Below are positions 10,534-18,837 of a stretch of 64,000 nucleotides of DNA, piece after piece. The stretch is from Mesorhizobium sp. GTDB lineage: Bacteria; Pseudomonadota; Alphaproteobacteria; Rhizobiales; Rhizobiaceae. A program made the translations under genes and the position numbers. Below the pieces are notes generated by a model. That model was not told the origin of the DNA. It searched no databases and saw only the letters and a list, made by a program, of their open reading frames with translations. The stretch spans positions 13,919-77,918 of the forward strand of contig SAQG01000025.1 of the NCBI GenBank assembly GCA_004020315.1, read 5' to 3'. Positions within the stretch are counted from its first letter, which is position 1. Each line of letters opens with the position of its first letter.

Positions 10534-11369
10534 TTGACCGCTCCCGAGGTGATGCCGCGGATCAGTTGCCGCGAGAAGATGACGTAGAGGATCAGCACCG
10601 GCATGATCGCCAGCGAAAGTGCCGCCAGGATGGCGTTCCAGTTGGTAACGAACTGGCCAAGGAACAGCTGCGCGCCGAGCGTCACCGTCTTGGTCTCCTC
10701 CGACGGCGCCAGGATCAGCGGAAACCACAGATCGTTCCAGATCGGGATCATGGTGAAGACGGCGACAGTCGCCATCGATGGCCTGACCAACGGCAGCACC
10801 AGCCGGAAGAAGATGGTGTATTCGGACAGGCCGTCGATGCGCCCGGCATTCTTCAGATCGTCGGATACCTGCTTCATGAATTCCGACAGGATGAAGACGG
10901 CGAGCGGCAAGCCTTGCGCCGTGTAGACCAGGATCAGTGCCGTCAGTGTGTTGACCAGCCCGCTCATCACCATCAATTGCAGGATGGCGACGGTGGCGAG
11001 GCGGATCGGGATCATGATGCCGAGCGCCAGGTAAAGCCCCATCAGCGAATTGCCGCGGAAGCGGTATTCCGACAGTGCGAAAGCCGCCATCGCGCCGAAC
11101 AGGAGTACGAAGAACAGCGAGGCGACGGTGACGACAAGGCTGTTCTGGAAATAGTGGATGAAATCGCCCTGCCCGATCACGGTGGTGTAGCCGATCAGGT
11201 CGAAAGTGTTCGGGGTCGGCGGCGCCAGCGGCGCGCCGAAGATCGCCGCGCGGGATTTAAACGAATTCATGATGACGATGATCACCGGAAACAGTGCGAT
11301 CACCGTGTAGGTCAACAGCACCACATGGGCGCCGATGGTGCGGGGCAGGGAGTGGGTAGCCGTGCTCAT
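10530..11369 (-). CDS. Carbohydrate ABC transporter permease
   Basis: The ATG at 11369 (MSTATHSLPRTIG) inside ORF 10530..11897 starts a hydrophobic multi-span protein. The longer N-terminal extension in the track is Arg/His-rich noise. Confidence 0.85.
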   Translation of the reverse strand: MSTATHSLPRTIGAHVVLLTYTVIALFPVIIVIMNSFKSRAAIFGAPLAPPTPNTFDLIGYTTVIGQGDFIHYFQNSLVVTVASLFFVLLFGAMAAFALSEYRFRGNSLMGLYLALGIMIPIRLATVAILQLMVMSGLVNTLTALILVYTAQGLPLAVFILSEFMKQVSDDLKNAGRIDGLSEYTIFFRLVLPLVRPSMATVAVFTMIPIWNDLWFPLILAPSEETKTVTLGAQLFLGQFVTNWNAILAALSLAIMPVLILYVIFSRQLIRGITSGAVK

Positions 11370-11377
11370 CTTACGCC

Positions 11378-12301
11378 TCAGAACTGGTAGCGACGCAGGC
11401 GCGTCTGAACGAGGAAGAGGTAGACGCAGACGCCGCCAAGGATGATCAGGAACATCATCGTGGCAATCGCCGCGCCCATATTGGGATCGCCGATCTGCAA
11501 CTGGAACCCGAAGAAGGCGCGGTAAAGGAAGGTGCCGAGGATGTCGGTTGAATAGTTCGGCCCGGCCAGCGCGCCTTGCGCGGTATAGATCAGGTCGAAA
11601 GCGTTGAAATTGCCGACGAAGGTGAGGATCGAGATGATGCCGATCGACGGCAGGATCAGCGGCAGCTTGATCTTCCAGAATTGCGACATGCCGGTGATGC
11701 CGTCGCATTCGGCCGCTTCGATCACCTCCTCGGGGATCGACAGCAATGCCGCATAGATCAGCATCATCGGGATGCCGACGAACTGCCATACCGAGATCAG
11801 GCTGAGCGTGGTCAGCGCATATTGCTCCTTGCCGAGCCACGGCGTGAACAGGCTTTTCAGACCGACCAGGTCCATCAGATTCGGCGCCACGCCCCACAGC
11901 GGCGACAGGATCAGCTTCCAGGCGAAGCCGACAATGACGAAGGACAGGATCGTCGGCACGAAGATGGCTGTGCGGTAGAAGGCGGAGAATCTCAGCCGCG
12001 GGCTGGACAGCAGTGCGGCCAGCAGGACGCCGATCGGGTTCTGCACCAGCATGTGGATGATGAAGAACCAGACATTGTTCCGCAGTGCATTCCAGAAGCC
12101 CACGGACCAGTTAGGATCGCCGAACAGCCTGCGGAAATTTTCGAACCCGACGAAGACCTGAGCCTGGTCGATGTTGCGAAACAGCGAGAGCTGAAGCGTG
12201 CCGGCCAGCGGCAGGATCATGATCGCCGTATAGACCAGCACCGCCGGCGCCAGGAAGACGACGATATGCCAGCGGAATGGTCGTTTCGGTGCTGCGGCCA
12301 T
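11378..12301 (-). CDS. Carbohydrate ABC transporter permease
   Basis: ORF 11378..12301. Multi-span membrane protein of the MalF/UgpA type, adjacent to its partner permease. Confidence 0.85.
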   Translation of the reverse strand: MAAAPKRPFRWHIVVFLAPAVLVYTAIMILPLAGTLQLSLFRNIDQAQVFVGFENFRRLFGDPNWSVGFWNALRNNVWFFIIHMLVQNPIGVLLAALLSSPRLRFSAFYRTAIFVPTILSFVIVGFAWKLILSPLWGVAPNLMDLVGLKSLFTPWLGKEQYALTTLSLISVWQFVGIPMMLIYAALLSIPEEVIEAAECDGITGMSQFWKIKLPLILPSIGIISILTFVGNFNAFDLIYTAQGALAGPNYSTDILGTFLYRAFFGFQLQIGDPNMGAAIATMMFLIILGGVCVYLFLVQTRLRRYQF

Positions 12302-12353
12302 GAGTTCGGTCCCCGCCGATCAGGTTCTTGCAATTGCCGCCAAAGGCGCGGCG

Positions 12354-12524
12354 CCTCCTCCCCCTCGAGGGGAGGGTGCCTCGCGAAGCGAGGCGGGTGG
12401 GGTCGGTCAAGGCAGCGCGCCATCGCGGTTTCGACCGCGCCTTCCGGCAACGATAATGTCGCAGCCTGAATCGACCGACCCCCTCTGTCGCCTCCGGCGA
12501 CATCTCCCCCTCGAGGGGGGAGAT
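12354..12524. repeat. REP/REPIN-like inverted doublet D2 (units 12354-12407 and 12477-12524), inside the operon between the binding-protein and permease genes
   Basis: Unit 1: CCTCCCC-ctcgag-GGGAGG, GCCTCGC-gaa-GCGAGGC, GGGTGGGGTC tail. Unit 2 in the opposite orientation: GACCCCCTCT, GTCGCC-tcc-GGCGAC, CTCCCCC-tcgag-GGGGGAG. Confidence 0.85.
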
Positions 12525-12535
12525 AGCGCTCGTTC

Positions 12536-13795
12536 TTACTTCGCCGGCTTATACCAGCTGTCGAGGCCGTCCTGCAGCTTCTTGGCGGCAGCTTCCGGCG
12601 TGACGGTGCCGTTGATGACGTTGGCGGATTCGACCCATGTCTCGTTTTCGAGGTTTGGCGTACCGCGGCCCAGGATCTGGTAAGTCGAGCGGATCGTCGG
12701 CTTGCACTTGTCGCGCCAGGAGACGAATTCCTGTGCCAGCGGGTCTTCCATCTTTACCGGGGTCGAATTCAGGCTGAAGAAGCCCGGCAACGCGTTGGCG
12801 TAAATGGTGGCGAACTCCGGCGAAGCAACCCAGGACAGGAAGGTCTTGGCCGCATCCGCGTTCTTCGAGGCCGCATTGAGGCCCATGCCGATATCGGTAT
12901 GGTCGGAGATATAGCAGGTGTCGCCGGCCTTCTGCACCGGCGGCGGGAACGCGCCCATCTTGAACTGCGCCTGGGTGTTGAACAGCGCGATTTCCCACGA
13001 TCCGGCCGGGTAGATGGCGGCGCGGCCGAGGGTGAACAGGTTCTGGCTGTCCGGATAGGTCTGCGCCTCGAAGCCGTCGCCGAGATACGGCTTCCATTTG
13101 GCCAGTTCCTTGAAGGGGGCCACCCACTGCGGATCGGTCAGCTTCTGCTCGCCCTTGATCAGCGCCAGACGGCCTTCTTCGCCTTTCCAGTAGTTCGGGC
13201 CGATGTTCTGGTAGCCCATGGTCGCGGCTTCCCAGAGGTCCTTGGTGCCCATCGCCATCGGAATGTAGGTGCCGTCGGCCTTGATCTTGTCGAGCGCGGC
13301 GTAGAACTCCTCATTCGTCGTCGGCACCTTGATGCCGAGCTGGTCGAAGGCGTCCTTGTTGTAGATGAAGCCGTGGATGACGGAAGCCATCGGCACGCAA
13401 AAGCTCGATTTGCCGTCGTCGGTCTGCCAGGCGGCCTTGGCGACATCGGAAAAATTCTCCATGCCGGGCAGCGTCGAGATATCGGCGAGGTTGCCCTTCT
13501 TGAACAGTTCCAGCGACTTGTCGAACGGGCGGCAGGTGATCAGGTCGCCCGCCGAGCCGGCGGCGAGCTTGGCGCCGAGTGCGGCGTCATATTCGGTCGG
13601 TGCCGACGGCGCGAACACCACCTTGATGCCGGGGTTCTTGGCTTCAAAAGCCGGGATCAGCTTGTCCTTCCAGATGGCAAGGTCGTCGCCGCGCCAGCTT
13701 TCGATGTTGAGCGTTACGTCCTGGGCATAGGCCATTCCGGCTGAGCCGAGAACGCTGGTGCCGAGAAGAAGTGCCGTCAGTAGTTTCGTTGTCAT
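12536..13795 (-). CDS. ABC transporter substrate-binding protein (extracellular solute-binding family 1, sugar type)
   Basis: ORF 12536..13795. Signal peptide MTTKLLTALLLGTSVLGSAGMAYA, size and composition typical of sugar-binding proteins, first transporter gene of the operon. Confidence 0.85.
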   Translation of the reverse strand: MTTKLLTALLLGTSVLGSAGMAYAQDVTLNIESWRGDDLAIWKDKLIPAFEAKNPGIKVVFAPSAPTEYDAALGAKLAAGSAGDLITCRPFDKSLELFKKGNLADISTLPGMENFSDVAKAAWQTDDGKSSFCVPMASVIHGFIYNKDAFDQLGIKVPTTNEEFYAALDKIKADGTYIPMAMGTKDLWEAATMGYQNIGPNYWKGEEGRLALIKGEQKLTDPQWVAPFKELAKWKPYLGDGFEAQTYPDSQNLFTLGRAAIYPAGSWEIALFNTQAQFKMGAFPPPVQKAGDTCYISDHTDIGMGLNAASKNADAAKTFLSWVASPEFATIYANALPGFFSLNSTPVKMEDPLAQEFVSWRDKCKPTIRSTYQILGRGTPNLENETWVESANVINGTVTPEAAAKKLQDGLDSWYKPAK

Positions 13796-13797
13796 GC

Positions 13798-14754
13798 TCA
13801 GTCTCCCTGTTGACCTTTTTCAGGTTCGGTTTTGAGAACAGAGGGTTTCTGCCTCATGCTCCCCTCGATCGCGGAAAGGGCCGGTCGCAGCTTCTGGCCG
13901 GTCCCTTCCAGTATCTTCTCGGCCGCATCGGCGCTGGCGGCGCCGGCGGCGAGCAGAATGGCGGTCTTGACGACGCCGCCGCTCTTCTCGAGCAGGCGCG
14001 CCGCATCGTCCTTGTCGCGTCCGCTGATGGCCGCGACGATGCGCGCCGCACGGTCGCGCAGCTTGATGTTGTCGGCCATGAGATTGACCATATAGCCGTC
14101 ATGGACGTGGCCGAGATGGATGGCGGCCAGCGTCGACAGCATGTTGAGCGCGATTTTCTGGGCGGTGCCGGCGCCCATGCGCGTCGAGCCGGCGATCAGC
14201 TCCGGCGGCGTTTCGAGCAGGATGGCAATGTCGGCCAGCCGAAGCAGCGGCGCGTCCTTGTTGTTGGCGATGGCGATGGTCGCAGCGCCCCGGCGCCTGG
14301 CGTCCTCGATCGCCCTGACCGCATAGGGCGTCGAGCCGCTGGCCGAGACCGCGATCAGGCAGTCGCCCTCGCCTATACCGGCGCCGGCGACCGCTGCCGA
14401 GGCTTCGTCGGCATCGTCCTCCGGCCCACCGGCCAGCGTCTTGAAGGCGTCGTCGCCGCCGGCGATCAGGATGGCGATGCGGTCGCGCTGAATGCCGAAG
14501 GTACCCGGCAGTTCCAGCGCATCGGCCAGCGCCATCAGGCCCGAGCTGCCGGCCGCCGCGTAAGCGAGCTTGCCGCCGCTCTTCAGCCGGCTGGCGATGA
14601 TTTCGGCTGCTTTGGCGATGGCGGGAATGGCGCCGTGCACCGCCTTGGCGGCCTCGATCTGCGCGTTGGCCAAAGAGGAAAGGATGGCGTCCGGAGCCTG
14701 GATGTCCAGCCCCTCGGCATTCTGGTGAAGCGCTTCGGTGCGCGTTTCGGCCAT
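13798..14754 (-). CDS. murQ: N-acetylmuramic acid 6-phosphate etherase
   Basis: ATG at 14754 (MAETRTEALHQNAEGLD) inside ORF 13798..14808. SIS domain with GSTRMGAGTAQKIALNMLST and the YMVNLMADNIKLRDRA tail, characteristic of MurQ. Confidence 0.85.
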   Translation of the reverse strand: MAETRTEALHQNAEGLDIQAPDAILSSLANAQIEAAKAVHGAIPAIAKAAEIIASRLKSGGKLAYAAAGSSGLMALADALELPGTFGIQRDRIAILIAGGDDAFKTLAGGPEDDADEASAAVAGAGIGEGDCLIAVSASGSTPYAVRAIEDARRRGAATIAIANNKDAPLLRLADIAILLETPPELIAGSTRMGAGTAQKIALNMLSTLAAIHLGHVHDGYMVNLMADNIKLRDRAARIVAAISGRDKDDAARLLEKSGGVVKTAILLAAGAASADAAEKILEGTGQKLRPALSAIEGSMRQKPSVLKTEPEKGQQGD

Positions 14755-14779
14755 CCGCTTTCCCTCCAATCCAGAAAAC

Positions 14780-14797
14780 AATACCAAAAAAATACCA
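14780..14797 (-). promoter_or_regulatory. Candidate GntR (NagQ-type) operator, TGGTATT-TTTT-TGGTATT read on the minus strand
   Basis: Exact tandem heptamers with a 4-nt spacer, 26 nt upstream of the murQ start in the AT-rich divergent spacer. Confidence 0.6.
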
Positions 14798-14914
14798 CTT
14801 GTCCACACGCATTAGCGATTTCCCTGCCCGGAAATCGCTGTACTGACAAAATGCGCAGGTTTTTCAATGAAATACGCCTTAATCTTTTTGAAACGGAAAT
14901 TAATCCTTGGCTAT

Positions 14915-14932
14915 TGGTATTTTATTGGTATT
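14915..14932 (+). promoter_or_regulatory. Candidate GntR (NagQ-type) operator, TGGTATT-TTAT-TGGTATT
   Basis: Same architecture as the 14780-14797 site but on the other strand, 23 nt upstream of the kinase GTG start. Confidence 0.6.
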
Positions 14933-14954
14933 ATCCGCCAGGAGGAGAAATCGC

Positions 14955-15836
14955 GTGAATTTCGTGCTTGGCATCGATGGCGGCGGCACCAGCTGCAGGG
15001 CGGCCCTTGCAACAGTGGAAGGCACCGTCCTTGGCCGCGCCAAGAGCGGTGCGGCCAATATCCGCACCGATCTCACCGGCGCCAGGGCCAACATCGTCGA
15101 GGCGGCGAAGCAGGCCTTTATCGCCGCCGGACAAAACCCCGAATTGATCCCGCAGACCCCCGCCGTCCTCGGCCTCGCCGGCGCCAATGTCGGCACTTAC
15201 AGGCAGCAGCTCGAAGCGGTCCTGCCGTTCAGCATCAGTCGCGTCGAGACCGACGCCGAGATCGCCCTGGAAGGCGCGGTCGGTTCCGGTGACGGGGCCA
15301 TGGCCATTCTCGGCACCGGCACCGCCTACATGGCGCGTAAAAACGGCAAGTCGCGCGCCATCGGCGGCTGGGGATTCCAGGTCGGCGACCAGGGCAGCGG
15401 CGCCCGAATCGGCCGCGACCTGCTCGAACAGACGCTGCTTGCCTATGACGGCATCCGCCAGGCATCGCCGCTGACCCAAGCCATGCTCGCCATCTTCCGC
15501 GACAATCCCGAGGATTTGGTCGAGTTCACCACCAATGCCAAGCCCGGCGACTTCGGCGGCTTCGCGCCCAAGGTCTTCGACCATGCCGCCAAGGGTGACG
15601 TCGTCGCCAACTGGATCCTCGACAAGGCGGTCGCCGATGTCGAGGCCGCACTTGGCGTGCTCGATCTCGGCGACGACGATCCGCTCTGCCTGCTCGGCGG
15701 GCTGGCGCCGCTTTACGCGCCGCGCCTGTCGGCGCGTTACCGAGCGCTGCTGAAGCCGCCGCTCGACGATGCGCTGGGCGGTGCGGTGCAGATGGCGGTG
15801 CGTGTTTTCTCGAGTCCTGCGGAGGCGGCGCGATGA
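14955..15836 (+). CDS. N-acetylglucosamine kinase, BadF/BadG/BcrA/BcrD ATPase family
   Basis: GTG at 14955 preceded by GGAGGAG, in frame with ORF 14907..15836. N-terminus VNFVLGIDGGGTSCRAAL. Confidence 0.8.
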   Translation: MNFVLGIDGGGTSCRAALATVEGTVLGRAKSGAANIRTDLTGARANIVEAAKQAFIAAGQNPELIPQTPAVLGLAGANVGTYRQQLEAVLPFSISRVETDAEIALEGAVGSGDGAMAILGTGTAYMARKNGKSRAIGGWGFQVGDQGSGARIGRDLLEQTLLAYDGIRQASPLTQAMLAIFRDNPEDLVEFTTNAKPGDFGGFAPKVFDHAAKGDVVANWILDKAVADVEAALGVLDLGDDDPLCLLGGLAPLYAPRLSARYRALLKPPLDDALGGAVQMAVRVFSSPAEAAR

Positions 15837-16615
15837 ACGAAGCCGCCGACCAGATTTTCGCCACGCTGAAACAGTCGTCGCAGAGCGGCACGCCGCTCTA
15901 TCTGCAGCTTAGGAAGAGCATCGAGGATGCGGTCAATCGCGGCCTGATCGGGCCGGGTGATGCGCTGCCGTCCGAACGCGACATCGCCAGCAAGGCCGAC
16001 ATTTCGCGCGTCACCGTGCGCAAGGCGGTGCAGGACCTGGTCAAGGGCGGCATCCTCGTCCAGCGCCACGGCTCCGGCACCTTCGTTGCACCGCGCATGG
16101 AGCGCGTCGAGCAGTCGCTGTCGCGGCTGACATCCTTCACCGAGGACATGGCCCGGCGCGGCATGGCTGTCCGCTCCGCCTGGCTCGATCGCGGCCTCTA
16201 TGCGCCCTCGCCGGACGAGATGATGGTGCTTGGTCTGTCGTCGAATGAATTGGTGGCGCGAGTGGCGCGCCTGCGCATCGCCAACGACACACCGCTGGCG
16301 ATCGAGCGCGCTGCATTGTCGGCCAGTGTGCTGCCCGACCCGGCAGGAATTGGGTCGTCGCTCTACGTGGCGCTGGAAACCACTGGCCATCGACCGGTGC
16401 GGGCGGTGCAGCGCATTTCCGCCGCCAATCTCGGCGACGACGACGCGCGCCTGCTCGAAGTGCCGCCAGGCATTGCCGGTCTGCACATCGAGCGTATTTC
16501 CTATCTGGCGAGCGGCAAGGTGATCGAATTCACCCGCTCCATCTACAGGGGCGACGCCTATGATTTCGTCGCCGAACTCCGGCTGAGCGGGCCGGGTGAA
16601 GAGGGCCGGCCATGA
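15833..16615 (+). CDS. GntR/HutC family transcriptional regulator (NagQ/NagR-like)
   Basis: The ATG overlaps the kinase stop (ATGA). Winged HTH LPSERDIASKADISRVTVRKAVQDL followed by a UTRA-type effector domain. Confidence 0.85.
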   Translation: MNEAADQIFATLKQSSQSGTPLYLQLRKSIEDAVNRGLIGPGDALPSERDIASKADISRVTVRKAVQDLVKGGILVQRHGSGTFVAPRMERVEQSLSRLTSFTEDMARRGMAVRSAWLDRGLYAPSPDEMMVLGLSSNELVARVARLRIANDTPLAIERAALSASVLPDPAGIGSSLYVALETTGHRPVRAVQRISAANLGDDDARLLEVPPGIAGLHIERISYLASGKVIEFTRSIYRGDAYDFVAELRLSGPGEEGRP

Positions 16616-17658
16616 GGGCGACGAGCAGCCAAAACGGTGGCACCCATATGCGGCGCGAGATCGAGGAGATCCCGGAGGCCACCGCGCGCCTGCTAGACGG
16701 CTCGGCAGCGGTGCTGACCGAAGCCGGGCGCGGCATCCGCGAGCGCGATCCGCAGTTCATCGTCACCGTCGCGCGCGGCTCGTCCGACCATGCCGCGACG
16801 TTCATGAAATATGCGGTGGAACTGACCGCCGGCCTCGCCGTCGCTTCAGTCGGCCCGTCGATCGCTTCGATCTATGGCGCCAAGCTCAAGCTGGGCGGCT
16901 CGGCCTGCCTGGCGATCTCGCAGTCGGGCAAGAGCCCGGACATCGTCGCCATGGCGCAAGCCGCGCGAGCCGGTGGTTCGCTGACCGTCGCCATCACCAA
17001 CACAGCCGATTCGCCGCTGGCGCGGGCCTCCGATTATGCGATCGACATCCTGGCCGGGCCGGAACGCAGCGTTGCGGCGACAAAGACCTTCGTCAATTCG
17101 GCCGTCGCCGGCCTCGCCTTGATGGCGCATTGCACCGGCGACGATAAGCTTCTGGCAGCACTTGCCCGTTTGCCCGAGCATTTTCGCAAGGCGATCGCTT
17201 GCGACTGGATGGCGCTGGCCAGCGCCCTTGAGATGCAGAAATCGCTGTTCATCCTCGGCCGTGGTCCGTCCGCTGCGATCGCCAATGAGGCGGCGCTGAA
17301 ATTCAAGGAAACCTGCGCCATGCACGCCGAGGCCTATAGTGCCGCAGAGGTCATGCATGGCCCGCTGGCGCTGGTCGGGCCTGATTTCCCGGTGCTGGCG
17401 CTCGCCGCTCGTGACGCTTCCGAACCGTCGGTTGCCGAGGCCGCCGACAGCCTTGCGGCCAAGGGCGCGGCCGTTTTTGTGACCTCGGACAAGGCGAAAA
17501 GCGCTGCGCGCCTGCCGCATGTCGCCACCGGCCATCCGCTGACGGACCCGCTGGCGCTGATCGTGTCGTTCTATGGCTTTGTCGAGGCCTTTGCCCGCCA
17601 TCGCGGGCTCGATCCCGATACGCCGCCCAATCTGCGCAAGGTGACGGAAACCATATGA
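16612..17658 (+). CDS. SIS-domain glucosamine-6-phosphate deaminase/isomerase (AgaS/NagB-II type)
   Basis: ORF 16612..17658 (alternative start at M13, position 16648). Two SIS modules, with motif LAISQSGKSPDIV. Confidence 0.8.
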   Translation: MRATSSQNGGTHMRREIEEIPEATARLLDGSAAVLTEAGRGIRERDPQFIVTVARGSSDHAATFMKYAVELTAGLAVASVGPSIASIYGAKLKLGGSACLAISQSGKSPDIVAMAQAARAGGSLTVAITNTADSPLARASDYAIDILAGPERSVAATKTFVNSAVAGLALMAHCTGDDKLLAALARLPEHFRKAIACDWMALASALEMQKSLFILGRGPSAAIANEAALKFKETCAMHAEAYSAAEVMHGPLALVGPDFPVLALAARDASEPSVAEAADSLAAKGAAVFVTSDKAKSAARLPHVATGHPLTDPLALIVSFYGFVEAFARHRGLDPDTPPNLRKVTETI

Positions 17659-18824
17659 GCGACCGTTTTGCCCTGACTGGCGCCCGGATATTCGACGGCG
17701 ACGACTGGCACGACAACGCCGCCCTTGTCGTGCGTGACGGGCTCGTCGAGGCTATCGTTGCCCCCGGCGCCATTCCATCCGGGGTTGCGCGTGTCGAAAC
17801 CGGTGGCGGCATGCTTGCACCGGGCTTCGTCGACCTGCAGGTCAATGGCGGTGGCGGCGTCATGCTCAACGACCATCCCGATGTCGCTTCGATCGAAACC
17901 ATCTGCCGGGCGCACGCGCCTTTCGGCACGACCGCGCTGCTGCCGACGCTGATCACCGACACGCCTGCCATCACCGCAGCGGCGGTTGCCGCCGGAGCGG
18001 AGGCCGCACGGCAAAAGGTGCCTGGCTTTTTGGGCCTGCATCTCGAAGGCCCGCATCTGTCGATCGCCCGCAAGGGCGCGCATGACCCGGCGCTGATCCG
18101 GCCGATGCTGGACGCCGACCAGGCGATGCTGGTAGCGGCGCGGAAAACTCTGCCAGTGCTGCTGACCACGATCGCGCCGGAATCCGTCGACACCGTGCGC
18201 GTTTCGGCGCTGGTCGAGGCCGGCCTCGTCGTCAGCCTCGGCCATTCCGACACCGGCTATGCCAAGGCGCGCGCCTTCGCTAGTGCCGGCGCAACAGTGG
18301 TCACCCATCTGTTCAACGCCATGAGCCAGATCGGCAATCGTGAGCCGGGCTTGGCGGGTGCTGCCATCGACACAGGCACATTGTTTGCCGGCATCATCGC
18401 CGACGGCATTCATGTCGATCCCGCCACCATGGCCATCGCGCTGCGCGCCAAGCAGGGCCCGGCAAGAATTTTCCTGGTCACCGACGCGATGGCAACGATC
18501 GGCACCGACATGACGTCATTCACGCTGAACGGCCGCACCGTTTACCGCAAGGACGGCAGTCTGCGGCTTGCTGACGGGACGCTGGCGGGCGCCGACCTCG
18601 ACATGATCTCCGCCGTGCGCTTCGTCCACCGCATCGTCGGACTGGACCTGTCGGAGGCGCTGCGCATGGCTTCGCTCTATCCGGCGCAGGCGATCGGCCA
18701 GTCGCACCGGCTCGGGCGCTTCGCCAACGGCACCGCCGCCGATATTGTTTCGCTGTCGGACGACCTGGAGGTGAAAAGCGTCTGGATCGGCGGGGACAGG
18801 GTTTTCGGAGCCGGCACCAACTGA
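17655..18824 (+). CDS. nagA: N-acetylglucosamine-6-phosphate deacetylase
   Basis: ATGA overlap with the upstream gene. Amidohydrolase motifs GFVDLQVNGGGG, GLHLEGPHLS and VTHLFNAMS. Confidence 0.9.
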   Translation: MSDRFALTGARIFDGDDWHDNAALVVRDGLVEAIVAPGAIPSGVARVETGGGMLAPGFVDLQVNGGGGVMLNDHPDVASIETICRAHAPFGTTALLPTLITDTPAITAAAVAAGAEAARQKVPGFLGLHLEGPHLSIARKGAHDPALIRPMLDADQAMLVAARKTLPVLLTTIAPESVDTVRVSALVEAGLVVSLGHSDTGYAKARAFASAGATVVTHLFNAMSQIGNREPGLAGAAIDTGTLFAGIIADGIHVDPATMAIALRAKQGPARIFLVTDAMATIGTDMTSFTLNGRTVYRKDGSLRLADGTLAGADLDMISAVRFVHRIVGLDLSEALRMASLYPAQAIGQSHRLGRFANGTAADIVSLSDDLEVKSVWIGGDRVFGAGTN

Positions 18825-18837
18825 GTGCAAACCTTCG

